A DNA stretch of 64,000 nucleotides from Chitinophagaceae bacterium (GTDB lineage Bacteria > Bacteroidota > Bacteroidia > Chitinophagales > Chitinophagaceae), in the NCBI GenBank assembly GCA_041392835.1, contig JAWKLF010000003.1:185786-249785 (forward strand), given 5' to 3'. A program made the translations under genes and the position numbers. The notes beneath the pieces are model-generated. The model saw nothing but the letters and a program-made list of their open reading frames with translations. It was not told the DNA's origin and ran no database searches. Position 1 is the first letter of the stretch. Each line of letters opens with the position of its first letter. Shown piece by piece: positions 1 through 9,301 of the stretch.

Positions 1-1645
1 ACACCCACATTGCTGATTTTTTCTCTGCTAAAATTCCAAACTCTTTTTTATTTCCTACATATAAATAATAGTCGCTAATCCAACAGCCTTCTGGCAAATC
101 AATTGTAGTAGCATATTCCGAAAACCAAGTGTTTTCGCTTTTGTTGGTTATTTCCAAATCAACCCAAGTTTTCCAGGCGTTTTGTGATTTATCATAAGTG
201 CTGTTGCTTGAAAAGTTTGTGATTTTTACATTGTTATTTCTAATGTTTTCAGAACTTACTTTAATTGAAGGATTGCCGAAAAATATTTTTTCAATATAGT
301 TGATTTTCGTATCGGACAATGTAAGATTATCCAATACTAACCAATTGAAATAAGACGATAAATATGGAATTTGAATACCAAAAATTACGTCATTGTTTTT
401 GTCTTTATGATGCTTGACAACATTTAGCGTTTTTTGAAGCGATGTTTTGTCAATGTCGTATTTCTTTGAATAATCAGGACTGTATAAATAAGCCAATGTT
501 TCGTTTAAAACGCTTTTGTCTTTCAGGTAAGTTGCCGTAATAAATACAGGAAATACCAAAAATCCAAACAACGAAATTCCAATAATTATTTTCTTTGAGA
601 ATAAAGTTTTCAGATATCGAAAATCCTTTGAAAGTTCGTTTGTGTGAATAACGAAAAGCAACAAAGGAGTAAGCATTAAAAACCCTGTTCCGATTGCAAT
701 AATGGCAACAACAGACAAAGGCAAAAAAGGCAAGAACACCAAAAAGAAATAGAATGTGTAAGCAAAAGTTATGCTTCGTCCGATGAACAAAAACAGTCGG
801 TAAATTTTGTTGTCAAGATTGGGCAAACAAATCAAAACACCATTGATAACGGCAAGAATATAAAACCAAACATTATTGAAATCCCCAAAAATTCCCGAAT
901 TGGTTTCACTAAAGCCTCTAAATCCGTTGAATAAATGTCCATTGTTTACTGATAATCCAATTAGCGGAAGCACAATCGCAATCGGGATTTTCCAAGCCAG
1001 CTGATACTTTTGCCAAACATCTGCTTTTTTAGTTGCAAGAATAAAGATGCTTTTGACTAAGAAAAAGAGAAATACTAATGTGGCTACAATTACAAGTATC
1101 AATATAGCGTGAACGCTAAATTCACTGTAAATAGGTTGCCATAACGGAAGTATGATTTGCGAAAACAAGTAACCCACAATAGGAATACTAATTGCAATTA
1201 GAAAACTTACCCATGCCTTGTGTTCTTTGGTTTCAGGTGTGAAATGTGTAACCAAAATAAACAACGAATAAGCAAGCGTCGGCATTAAAAATGTGCCAAC
1301 GTATATGAAAATATTTCCCGAAATCATCCATTGCGGAATACTAAACGGAATGATTTTGTCTAAATGAAAACCGTATAGATAAACAAACGGAATGTAGCAA
1401 AGTAAGGCAAGAACGCCATACCAAACGGAAACATTTTGCTTTTTGAAAGTCAGATAAACCGTATAAGTGAAATTCAGCAATCCTAAAATACCTAACGTCA
1501 AACCAAAAGATTTCCAAAGTCGGATATTATTTTCGTCCAATAGTGTTTTGATGATATTAAACTGTCCGAAAAAAAGTATAAACAGCACTACAATCGGTAG
1601 TGTGTTGATGATAAAAAGCCATTTGGGATTAAGCAAGTTTCGCAT
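1..1645 (-). CDS. polytopic membrane protein with VIT-like domain (XrtN-system VIT-domain-protein-like); 3' end lies outside the window
   Basis: Absent from the ORF track because no stop lies in the window. My own minus-strand translation from ATG 1645 (preceded by in-frame TAA) stays open to base 1. It reads MRNLLNPKWLFIINTLPIVVLF..., has many hydrophobic helices, then ends ...IDLPEGCWISDYYLYVGNKKEFGILAEKKSAMWV, which resembles the start of a VIT domain. Overlaps the upstream exosortase gene by 17 nt. Confidence 0.6.
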   Translation of the reverse strand, partial: MRNLLNPKWLFIINTLPIVVLFILFFGQFNIIKTLLDENNIRLWKSFGLTLGILGLLNFTYTVYLTFKKQNVSVWYGVLALLCYIPFVYLYGFHLDKIIPFSIPQWMISGNIFIYVGTFLMPTLAYSLFILVTHFTPETKEHKAWVSFLIAISIPIVGYLFSQIILPLWQPIYSEFSVHAILILVIVATLVFLFFLVKSIFILATKKADVWQKYQLAWKIPIAIVLPLIGLSVNNGHLFNGFRGFSETNSGIFGDFNNVWFYILAVINGVLICLPNLDNKIYRLFLFIGRSITFAYTFYFFLVFLPFLPLSVVAIIAIGTGFLMLTPLLLFVIHTNELSKDFRYLKTLFSKKIIIGISLFGFLVFPVFITATYLKDKSVLNETLAYLYSPDYSKKYDIDKTSLQKTLNVVKHHKDKNNDVIFGIQIPYLSSYFNWLVLDNLTLSDTKINYIEKIFFGNPSIKVSSENIRNNNVKITNFSSNSTYDKSQNAWKTWVDLEITNKSENTWFSEYATTIDLPEGCWISDYYLYVGNKKEFGILAEKKSAMWV

Positions 1646-2216
1646 TATGCTGTCTGTGTATTAAAAGTTTTTCTATCAAGTAATAAGCCAAAACAAGGAA
1701 TGACAAATTTGTAATTATCCCAACGGCTTCGTGTATTAAATGTTGTTGGTTCGCAAAAAAAATCTTTGTTTGATTTTGCACAATAACAGAAGCAAAAATC
1801 CGAGAGGCATTTACAAAAATTGTCAGTAGATAAGCACAAAATAAAACTGTCGGAATAGACAACATTTTGTGAAAAGGTTTGTCCAGATATTTTATTGTCA
1901 GATATGTAAAAATAAGAAAACACAGAATCGAAAAATTAAATCCCGAACAGGATTTGTCAATAAGTATGTTCAATTTGCGGTGATAAAATCCTTTGTCTGC
2001 ATAGTAAACAGAATTTGAACCTGTCAAAAGTCCGACAAGTTTGTCTGTCGGTTTGAGTAAGAAAGTCAAATAGTTGTTGTCGGCAAATGTAAAACTGAAT
2101 TTCAGCAATATGAAAAGCCCTACTGCCGTCAAATAATATGGTATGTTTTTGTTTAACTGCACGGGCTCTGTAATATAGGTGATTACATTAGACTGTCTTT
2201 CGAATTTCTTTTTCAA
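1629..2216 (-). CDS. exosortase family protein (XrtN/XrtF-like)
   Basis: 195-aa polytopic ORF with the exosortase/archaeosortase catalytic pattern: Cys in IDKSCSGFNF, Arg in VNASRIF, His in LIHEAVG. Translationally coupled to the VIT-like membrane protein downstream. Confidence 0.7.
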   Translation of the reverse strand: MKKKFERQSNVITYITEPVQLNKNIPYYLTAVGLFILLKFSFTFADNNYLTFLLKPTDKLVGLLTGSNSVYYADKGFYHRKLNILIDKSCSGFNFSILCFLIFTYLTIKYLDKPFHKMLSIPTVLFCAYLLTIFVNASRIFASVIVQNQTKIFFANQQHLIHEAVGIITNLSFLVLAYYLIEKLLIHRQHNAKLA

Positions 2217-2296
2217 AACAAATCTACTTTAATTCGATTTAATTCACACTAATTATGTTTAAAGAAAAACTAAAATTTGAAAAATGCATATTTATT

Positions 2297-2752
2297 TTAC
2301 GCATCAGGAATATTCGGTTCAACTAATTTTTTTAGTTTTTCTAAGCTTTCTTGCCAGCCTAAATAGCACATTTCAATCGGTATCATATCTGGGATACCTT
2401 CTTGTGTCGCAATCAGTTCTGTACCACAGGATACACTTTTTAACGTTATAGTTGTTATCATTTGTCCAGGCAAATTGGGGTCATCAAATTCGTCTGTATA
2501 TTTAAGAAATTCATTGGGTATAATTTCTAAATATTTACCACCAAATGAATGGCTACTTCCAGTTCCAAAATTTGTAAAGCTCATTTTGTATGTACCTCCA
2601 ATGTGTGGGTCCATACTATGTACTTTGCAAACAAAACCATAGGGCGGAATCCAAGAAGCTATAGCATCCGCATCAGTAAATGCTTTGAAAACCTTTTCGC
2701 GACTTGCAGAAAATACTCTGTGAAGCGTAATTTTATTATTTTTCATATTCAT
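2297..2752 (-). CDS. SRPBCC / AHSA1-like domain protein
   Basis: 151 aa. TLHRVFSASREKVFKAFTDADAIASWIPPYGF...GGTYKMSF... is typical of small Aha1/SRPBCC-fold proteins. Confidence 0.8.
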   Translation of the reverse strand: MNMKNNKITLHRVFSASREKVFKAFTDADAIASWIPPYGFVCKVHSMDPHIGGTYKMSFTNFGTGSSHSFGGKYLEIIPNEFLKYTDEFDDPNLPGQMITTITLKSVSCGTELIATQEGIPDMIPIEMCYLGWQESLEKLKKLVEPNIPDA

Positions 2753-2787
2753 ATTATGTTCTTAAAATTTTTTCGATTTTTTTTTCC

Positions 2788-3117
2788 TTAGGCTAATTCA
2801 TCAATAATTTTATCTAAATTTCTCACTTTTTTAGTCAAAGGATTTTCAATGTCTACAATTCTATAACCACAAATCATTCCTGTGATAAGTTTTGCATTTG
2901 GATGTAATGTAGCTCTTTCAAAAAAAGTTTCAAATGTTATGTTTTCATCCATTAGTTCTTGAAGTATAGTTTGGTTAAAACCTGTCAACCATTCTATAAC
3001 TTGGTACAATTCATCCTTTGTTCTCCCTTTACTTTCAACTTTTGTAACGTAATGTGGGAAAACAGAAGCAAACGTCATTTTTGCAATTCGTTCATTATGT
3101 TTTTCTGTTTGTTTCAT
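2788..3117 (-). CDS. DUF2200-like small protein
   Basis: 109 aa. MTFASVFPHYVTKVESKGRTKDELYQVIEWLTGF matches my recollection of the DUF2200 family. Confidence 0.6.
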   Translation of the reverse strand: MKQTEKHNERIAKMTFASVFPHYVTKVESKGRTKDELYQVIEWLTGFNQTILQELMDENITFETFFERATLHPNAKLITGMICGYRIVDIENPLTKKVRNLDKIIDELA

Positions 3118-3254
3118 TGTTGAATATTTTTTGAATCCTGTTTAATACTATAAAGATACTTACTAAGTATGGAAACAATTGCATGTTAATAAAGTAAATA
3201 CGTTTTCTTTCAGTATTAATACTGTGGTACTTTTTCATTCCATTTGTAGTCAAT

Positions 3255-3296
3255 TATACCAATCTTAAATTGTGTTCAGACCAATTTTTTGGTCTG
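3255..3296 (+). repeat. short palindrome-containing intergenic repeat, copy A
   Basis: TATACCAATCTTAAATTG (3255-3272) is identical to the reverse complement of 6229-6246. Similarity continues through TGTTCAGACCAATTTTTT. Contains hairpin CAGACC-8 nt-GGTCTG (3277-3296). Confidence 0.6.
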
Positions 3297-3560
3297 TTGC
3301 AGTAGTATAATCGGTATTAGCACTCCGCTATTCTCTTTTTAACCTAAGTTAGGCAATAGCAACTATTGAAAAGAATGAACTGCTTACATTATACAGATTC
3401 CATATCTGTAATAGCCCAATTACATTGGACTAAACTGCTATTGTCTCCGTATTATTCTTATAAAATGGGATTATTTTATAATCCATATAGTATAATTCGG
3501 GTTTATTTTGTCGTTTATGTCATTTGTGAATGCAAATACAAAATTTGAATAAAATCGCAT

Positions 3561-3587
3561 AAAAAAAGCGGTACCAATTCATACCGC
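3561..3587 (-). terminator. intrinsic terminator of the 3614..4306 gene
   Basis: Hairpin GCGGTA / TACCGC (3568-3573 / 3582-3587, 8-nt loop). On the minus strand it is followed by T7 (A-run 3561-3567 on the plus strand). Lies just downstream of the stop at 3614. Confidence 0.6.
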
Positions 3588-3613
3588 CCATTTCAATTTT
3601 GTTTTCGTAATTA

Positions 3614-4306
3614 TTATTTGCCACAAGCATTGTATTCAGCCATAATTTTAAAGAAGACATCTATATTGGCTGCTCCTTTAAACATGTTGTACTTGTAGTC
3701 TTCTACTTTTTCTTTTATTTTTTGCGATAGCTCAGGACAGTCTTCCACATAAGAGGCCATTTTTTTGGCAAAAGGCATAAATTTTAAATCTTCCAAGCCA
3801 TAGGCCATAGGAAAATCAGGAAGTATAGCAAAATAACTTCGAGAAACAGTTGTACTCATATTATCTACACTGAGTAATCGCATCACATACATTTTAAATT
3901 TGGCATCGTTTGCATCATGAAGTTTTTCCATCAAGATAACTTCATTGCCAATTTTGTCACTGCTTACTTTTGTTTTTACAGCTTCAAAGGTTCTACCATT
4001 TACCACAAAATTTTGTATGTTTTTGATACGAACATATTTTTCTTTCATTTCGCCTTCAGGAATAAAACCAACTCCTTTTAGACTATTAATATTGTTGCTG
4101 ATATTCAAAATTATTGTTCCTCTTTGTTTAAGTCCATCGGTGCTGGTAAGTTCACCATCGCCCGAAATAGAGTAGTATCCATTTTTAATTATTCCAGCGT
4201 CGTCTGGTTGACCGGCAAATTTTTGAAGTTTTTCCAAAAATGTTTGAGCTTGCGAAGTGCTTGCAATACTTAACGAAGCAATAAGCACCATTATCCATTT
4301 TTTCAT
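3614..4306 (-). CDS. hypothetical secreted protein
   Basis: ORF 3614..4405 trimmed to the internal ATG at 4306, giving MKKWIMVLIASLSIASTSQAQ, a clear signal peptide. No recognisable domain. Confidence 0.6.
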   Translation of the reverse strand: MKKWIMVLIASLSIASTSQAQTFLEKLQKFAGQPDDAGIIKNGYYSISGDGELTSTDGLKQRGTIILNISNNINSLKGVGFIPEGEMKEKYVRIKNIQNFVVNGRTFEAVKTKVSSDKIGNEVILMEKLHDANDAKFKMYVMRLLSVDNMSTTVSRSYFAILPDFPMAYGLEDLKFMPFAKKMASYVEDCPELSQKIKEKVEDYKYNMFKGAANIDVFFKIMAEYNACGK

Positions 4307-4338
4307 TAATATAATTTTACTTTTGCCATCGAAATTAA

Positions 4339-5196
4339 ATGAACATGAAACGACAATTTGGATTGCTATTACTTTTAACTGGACTTTCACTTGCTGGCTT
4401 TTCACAACAAATAGAATTTAATAAAAAATCGGGCGAGTTTTCTTGTGAAGGAAAACCCGTAGCCAAACTGATTAGTGAAAAACTAAAAGGCGCAGTTGGA
4501 AAAAATTATATAGTAACCAACATGGATCAGTCTAAGGAATTAATAAGATATAATATTTATAATTTTGTAGATACCTTTGGAGGTACCAATGAGTGGTACT
4601 ATACTAGCGAACTAAAAACCGAAGGTTTAAACTTTTACCACGACAATTTTAATAGTATGCTCAATACCTTTAGAGAAGTAGGCGAGCATGTAGTAGCCAT
4701 AAATGTCTTGAATTGTGATGGGAGTATCAATGCTGAAGTCGCTAATGTATATGCTCAAAATAGCATGCAAGAATATGGCGATTTAGGAGAAAAATATAAA
4801 AGCATCAATGATTCCTTGATTATTCAAACCACGGGAGATATGAGTGTGGTATCAAGAAATAAAAAGGCATCTATAGAGCTTAATGATTTTGGAAAAATTG
4901 GTCAGGACAATAAAGTAATTGGTAGTTGGCAATTGTTGGTAAAAACAATACCGGGCGTGGGTAGTGGCACAAAAGAATATACTTTTCTTTTAAAAAATGC
5001 GAATAATGTTATTGTAGCAGTTTCCAAAATTGAATTAGGCGGAGCCACTACGTATTATTTTAATAATGGTGCCAGTAGTAAACCTGATAAAAAAGTATTG
5101 GATATAATAAACAACAATCCTATATCGAACGAAACAGCAAAAAAGGCGTATATCCAAAATTTGGCTTATAACTTAATAAAGAAAGAGTTATTGTAA
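4339..5196 (+). CDS. hypothetical secreted protein
   Basis: 285-aa ORF with signal peptide MNMKRQFGLLLLLTGLSLAGFSQQ. Divergent from 3614..4306. Confidence 0.6.
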   Translation: MNMKRQFGLLLLLTGLSLAGFSQQIEFNKKSGEFSCEGKPVAKLISEKLKGAVGKNYIVTNMDQSKELIRYNIYNFVDTFGGTNEWYYTSELKTEGLNFYHDNFNSMLNTFREVGEHVVAINVLNCDGSINAEVANVYAQNSMQEYGDLGEKYKSINDSLIIQTTGDMSVVSRNKKASIELNDFGKIGQDNKVIGSWQLLVKTIPGVGSGTKEYTFLLKNANNVIVAVSKIELGGATTYYFNNGASSKPDKKVLDIINNNPISNETAKKAYIQNLAYNLIKKELL

Positions 5197-5211
5197 ATTT
5201 TATACTTATAT

Positions 5212-5430
5212 CTATAATTTGATTTTTTCAAAACTTACTCCATTATTATATATATACACTCCATTTTTGTGCGTGCCAAGCCATAGCTTGCCATTGTTGT
5301 CTTTATAAATGCTGTATAGGGTTATATCTTTTGCATTTTCTTGAACATTAATGTGTGTAATTTTTGCACCATCGTATTTCCAAGCACCATCGCGATAGGT
5401 TATGCCAAAGTGATTTGTGTCGCTGACCAA
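5212..5430 (-). pseudogene. isolated fragment resembling a two-component-regulator propeller (Reg_prop) repeat
   Basis: 72-aa ORF. GKLWLGTHKNGVYIYNNG and AWKYDGAKITHI resemble beta-propeller repeats of Bacteroidetes hybrid sensor kinases, but no kinase or other domains follow. Confidence 0.3.
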
Positions 5431-5592
5431 ATCTCTTACCGTTTATACTGCCGTTACATCTCAAAAAATTGCTCTTAAACCAATTAAGAAGTTTGCTATT
5501 ACAATAAATACATCTATTTAAGAAAATTAAAATATACTATATTTGAAATATAAACTAAACATATAATAAACCATTTAAAACTTATAAATACA

Positions 5593-6097
5593 ATGTACAA
5601 ACTACAAACGATTATTTTTATTCGCCTTTTGTTTTGTACTTACCTTATGTTTTTATAAACAAAGTGCGGCACAATCTACACAGCCTATTACACTCAAACA
5701 AACAGATGCTGAAATGGAAAGCATACAACCTGATTCATTAGAAAAGCCAATAATAAATCAAGAATTAGACAAAGATAAAATTTTTGAGTTTGTTGAAGAA
5801 ATGTCAGAATTTCCTGGTGGCTAAAATGCACTCTTGAAATACCTTGTTCAAAATATGGTTTATCCAACACAATGTGAACAAAAAAACATTCAAGGAAGAG
5901 TTATTGTTAATTTTACTATTGATACAGTAGGTCAAATATCTAATATCAAAGTTATACAGTGCCCTAAAGAATGTACAGAATTTGGAGAGGTAGCTGTGCG
6001 TATAATAAAAAATATGCCAAGGTGGCGACCAGGATACCAAAATGGAAAACCAGTTATTGTGATCTATAATATGCCATTTCAATGGGAAATGCATTAG
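5593..6097 (+). pseudogene. TonB C-terminal-domain protein, disrupted by a frameshift and a nonsense codon
   Basis: ATG 5593 gives MYKLQTIIFIRLLFCTYLMFL, then TAA at 5656-5658. The +1 frame continues from the T5 run (5650-5654) as FYKQSAAQ...IFEFVEEMSEFPGG and hits TAA at 5822-5824. The same frame then resumes as NALLKYLVQNMVYPTQCEQKNIQGRVIVNFTID..., the TonB-C signature (ORF 5834..6097). Confidence 0.65.
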
Positions 6098-6201
6098 TTA
6101 TTGAAAAATAGTAATTGTACAATGATTGGGTGCTATACGTAGATAATTCTATTATTTTGATGTTCTTCATCCAGCTGTTTGAAGTGTTTTTGTAGCAAGC
6201 A

Positions 6202-6246
6202 ATACCAATCTAAAAATTAGTCTGAAACCAATTTAAGATTGGTATA
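6202..6246 (-). repeat. short palindrome-containing intergenic repeat, copy B
   Basis: The reverse complement of 6211-6246 matches 3255-3290 (18 nt identical, then about 14 of 18). This copy is itself a hairpin with arms ATACCAATCT (6202-6211) and AGATTGGTAT (6236-6245). Confidence 0.6.
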
Positions 6247-6284
6247 AGATAGTATATCACAATTACCTACATTAGTAAAAACAA

Positions 6285-6788
6285 TTAATCTTTGATTCGT
6301 TGCCATAGCCAACTTTTGTTGAGTGGCACTATCCATTCGTTGAGCAAGCTGGCTTTTGTCTGTACAGTATTATTAAACAACAAAGTATCCGTTTCTATAA
6401 ATCCTTTGCTGAGTGCATATTTGACTTGCTGCATAGGTAAGGGTTCTGCTTTTTCATCAACTAAGAAAGTAATAGTAAGTCTATCAAATAAATCCACTTG
6501 ATATTGTCTTTCTATACTTTTCATAATTCGCATCATACTATCGGTACTACAACCACTTACTCCAGAATATCGCTCATCGGCAAGGACAACTATAAACTGC
6601 TTAAAAAAAAGTTTGGCCCATCCTTTTACATCTTTTCCATGCGATTGCCATTGCATATAGAATTGCAATAGCTGTTCATTTATTTCAAGTTGTTCTTGTT
6701 CCTGAAAAGGTCTTGAGCTTTGAAATATCCATACTCTGGAATCGTCTGCAAAATCGCTTGGAACAAGAGCTGATAGTTTATTTGTCAT
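6285..6788 (-). CDS. conserved hypothetical protein
   Basis: 167-aa ORF with no competing frame. No motif I can name. Confidence 0.55.
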   Translation of the reverse strand: MTNKLSALVPSDFADDSRVWIFQSSRPFQEQEQLEINEQLLQFYMQWQSHGKDVKGWAKLFFKQFIVVLADERYSGVSGCSTDSMMRIMKSIERQYQVDLFDRLTITFLVDEKAEPLPMQQVKYALSKGFIETDTLLFNNTVQTKASLLNEWIVPLNKSWLWQRIKD

Positions 6789-7029
6789 TTTTTTTAATTA
6801 TTTTTTTAAAAAAAGAGCTTTGCGAGTCGTCCCAGATGGTTATAAGCATACTGCTGGCAGCCCCTATTAATAAACTTTTAGATAGGATATATATAAAAGA
6901 AACATTTTCATCAAATAGGAATCGAAAGCATAATAGTAATAAAACATTGATACCAAAAAAGAATATAAAAGTACTTCCAAAGCGTTTCCAGCTCCAATTT
7001 CTAAAAATGTTGCTATTATTATTTTTCAT
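6778..7029 (-). CDS. small hypothetical membrane protein
   Basis: 83-aa ORF with two hydrophobic segments, packed between 7031..7810 and 6285..6788 on the same strand. Confidence 0.4.
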   Translation of the reverse strand: MKNNNSNIFRNWSWKRFGSTFIFFFGINVLLLLCFRFLFDENVSFIYILSKSLLIGAASSMLITIWDDSQSSFFKKIIKKNDK

Positions 7030-7030
7030 A

Positions 7031-7810
7031 TTAGCTTAATTGTTTTGCAATTATTTCGGCTAAATCAAGTACTTGAATTTCATTTTCTTTTTCAATATTT
7101 TTTATACCATCGCTTAGCATGGTAATACAAAATGGACAATTAGCAACAATTGCATTAGCTTGACTATCTACTACATCTTTAGTTCGTTCATAATTAATGC
7201 GTGTTTTGCCAGCTTCGTCTTCTTTAAACATTTGAGCACCACCGGCACCGCAGCATAACCCATTCGTTTTGCAACGCTTAAGTTCTACCAAATCGGCATC
7301 CAAAGTTTGTAGTACTTCTCTTGGTGCTTCATACACACCATTGGCTCTGCCGAGGTAGCAACTATCGTGGTAAGTAATTTTTTTTCCTTTAAAGTCGCCA
7401 CCTCCTTTCAATTTTAGTTTTCCTTGTTGTATAAGTTGTTGTAAAAACACAGCATGCGATATCACTTCGTATTGACCTCCCAATTCGGGATATTCATTTT
7501 TTAAAACATTGAAGCAATGTGGGCATGTAGTAACTATTTTTTTTACTTCATACATGTTTAGGGTTTGAATATTGTTATAGGCCATCATTTGAAATAAAAA
7601 TTCATTTCCTGCCCTTCGAGCTGGATCGCCAGTACACATTTCTTCTTTGCCCAAAATGGCAAAAGAAACACCAACATGGTTTAGTATTTCTACAAACGCT
7701 TTAGTGATTTTTTGTGCTCGTTGATCAAAGCTACCAGCACAACCAACCCAAAAGAGTATTTCGGGAGTAGTGCCTTCGGCCATATAGGTTGCATATGTTT
7801 TTACAGTCAT
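7031..7810 (-). CDS. (Fe-S)-binding protein with cysteine-rich CCG domains (HdrD/GlpC/LutA-like)
   Basis: 259 aa with two CCG-type cysteine clusters (TTCPHCFN, HDSCYLGR, LCCGAGG, NCPFCITM). Confidence 0.8.
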   Translation of the reverse strand: MTVKTYATYMAEGTTPEILFWVGCAGSFDQRAQKITKAFVEILNHVGVSFAILGKEEMCTGDPARRAGNEFLFQMMAYNNIQTLNMYEVKKIVTTCPHCFNVLKNEYPELGGQYEVISHAVFLQQLIQQGKLKLKGGGDFKGKKITYHDSCYLGRANGVYEAPREVLQTLDADLVELKRCKTNGLCCGAGGAQMFKEDEAGKTRINYERTKDVVDSQANAIVANCPFCITMLSDGIKNIEKENEIQVLDLAEIIAKQLS

Positions 7811-7827
7811 TGTATTGTATTTGTATT

Positions 7828-9141
7828 TTAGTTAGTTACCCATGCGTCTCTATCGTCTGGGCTAAATTTCCAAGGTGCCATATTGTTTTCAATATTACTA
7901 AACATCATGTTCCATTCTTGAGGTGCATTGCTTTCTTCCATGATTAAATTTCTACGAAGTTGAATGATAATATCTAATGGAGAAATATTGACAGGGCATT
8001 CTTCAACGCATGCATTGCAAGTAGTACAGGCTCTTAGTTCTACTACCGATATATAATCGTGCAAAAGACTTTTGCCATCATCTTTGAATTCTTTGTTTGT
8101 ATCAATATTTTTCCCAATTTCTTCCAAACGGTCTCGTGTTGCCATCATTATTTTTCGTGGCGACAATAATTTGCCTGTGGTATTGGCAGGGCAGGCCGAA
8201 GTACATCTTCCACACTCAGTACAGCTGTATGCATCCATCAAATTTTTCCAAGTAAGGTCTTGTACATCTCTTGCACCAAATTTTTGCATTTCTGTATTTG
8301 TTTCGCTTGGCGCCAATTCGGGTTGCATCATATACAAAACTTCTTTTTGTATTTCAGGCATATTACTCATCTTTCCTTTGGCTTGCAAAGGAGCATAATA
8401 GGCATTGGGAAATGCTAAAAGTATATGTAGATGTTTGGAATAAGTTAGATAAATCATAAAAACAAATATGCCGGCTATATGGAGCCACCAACACATCCTT
8501 TCTAATGTTATAAGCGCTTGTTCGCTCCATCCAGCAAAAAGAGGTGCTATGTGCTGTGATATAAAAAATGAATCTGTAGATGGATAATGCGAGCTGTGTA
8601 AGACTTGTAAATTTAGGTCGCAAGCATTCATAATGAGGAATAGTGACATGAGTACTATTTCAAACGTCAATATCAAATTAGCATCTGTTTTGGGCCATCC
8701 GCTACTCAATTCTTGAGTACTTAGTCTTTTTACTTTGACAATATTTCTTCGGATTAAGAAAATAGTACAGGCTATTAAAACCAATAGGGCTAATACTTCA
8801 AAGATGCCTATAAGTATGCTATATAAGCTACCCAAAAAAGGTAAAAAAATGCGGTGTTGACCACTTAATCCGTCTACAATAATTTCTAATATTTCAATAT
8901 TGATAATGATAAAGCCAGCATATACGGCTAAATGTAAAAAAGCTACAAGCGGTTTCTTAAACATTTTCTTTTGTCCAAGTGCATTTAAGAACATGTTTTT
9001 CCACCGCAAATTTGCTTGGTCATTGAGGTCAATATCTTTGCCTAATAAAATATTTCGTCTAATGGTTTTAATTTTTTTTATAAAAAAGAAAATGGCAGTA
9101 GCCGAAAGAATTAAAAATAAAAGCTGTTGAAATAGTTGCAT
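7828..9141 (-). CDS. membrane-anchored 2x[4Fe-4S] ferredoxin-type oxidoreductase subunit
   Basis: 437 aa. N-terminal hydrophobic helices, then CTECGRCTSACP and CTTCNACVEECP cluster motifs. Adjacent to its CCG-domain partner. Confidence 0.8.
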   Translation of the reverse strand: MQLFQQLLFLILSATAIFFFIKKIKTIRRNILLGKDIDLNDQANLRWKNMFLNALGQKKMFKKPLVAFLHLAVYAGFIIINIEILEIIVDGLSGQHRIFLPFLGSLYSILIGIFEVLALLVLIACTIFLIRRNIVKVKRLSTQELSSGWPKTDANLILTFEIVLMSLFLIMNACDLNLQVLHSSHYPSTDSFFISQHIAPLFAGWSEQALITLERMCWWLHIAGIFVFMIYLTYSKHLHILLAFPNAYYAPLQAKGKMSNMPEIQKEVLYMMQPELAPSETNTEMQKFGARDVQDLTWKNLMDAYSCTECGRCTSACPANTTGKLLSPRKIMMATRDRLEEIGKNIDTNKEFKDDGKSLLHDYISVVELRACTTCNACVEECPVNISPLDIIIQLRRNLIMEESNAPQEWNMMFSNIENNMAPWKFSPDDRDAWVTN

Positions 9142-9301
9142 ACGCTTACAAAAGTAATTGTTAAGCGTTAAAAAAATAAGTATAATTTACTAAAACCTTT
9201 GGATAAGCTTGTTCGGTAATAATAAAGCACTAATTTGGGTATTCTGTTTTGTTCAAAACATTTTTTTATGGTAGATAATAATAGAAGTTTTTGTTGATTG
9301 C

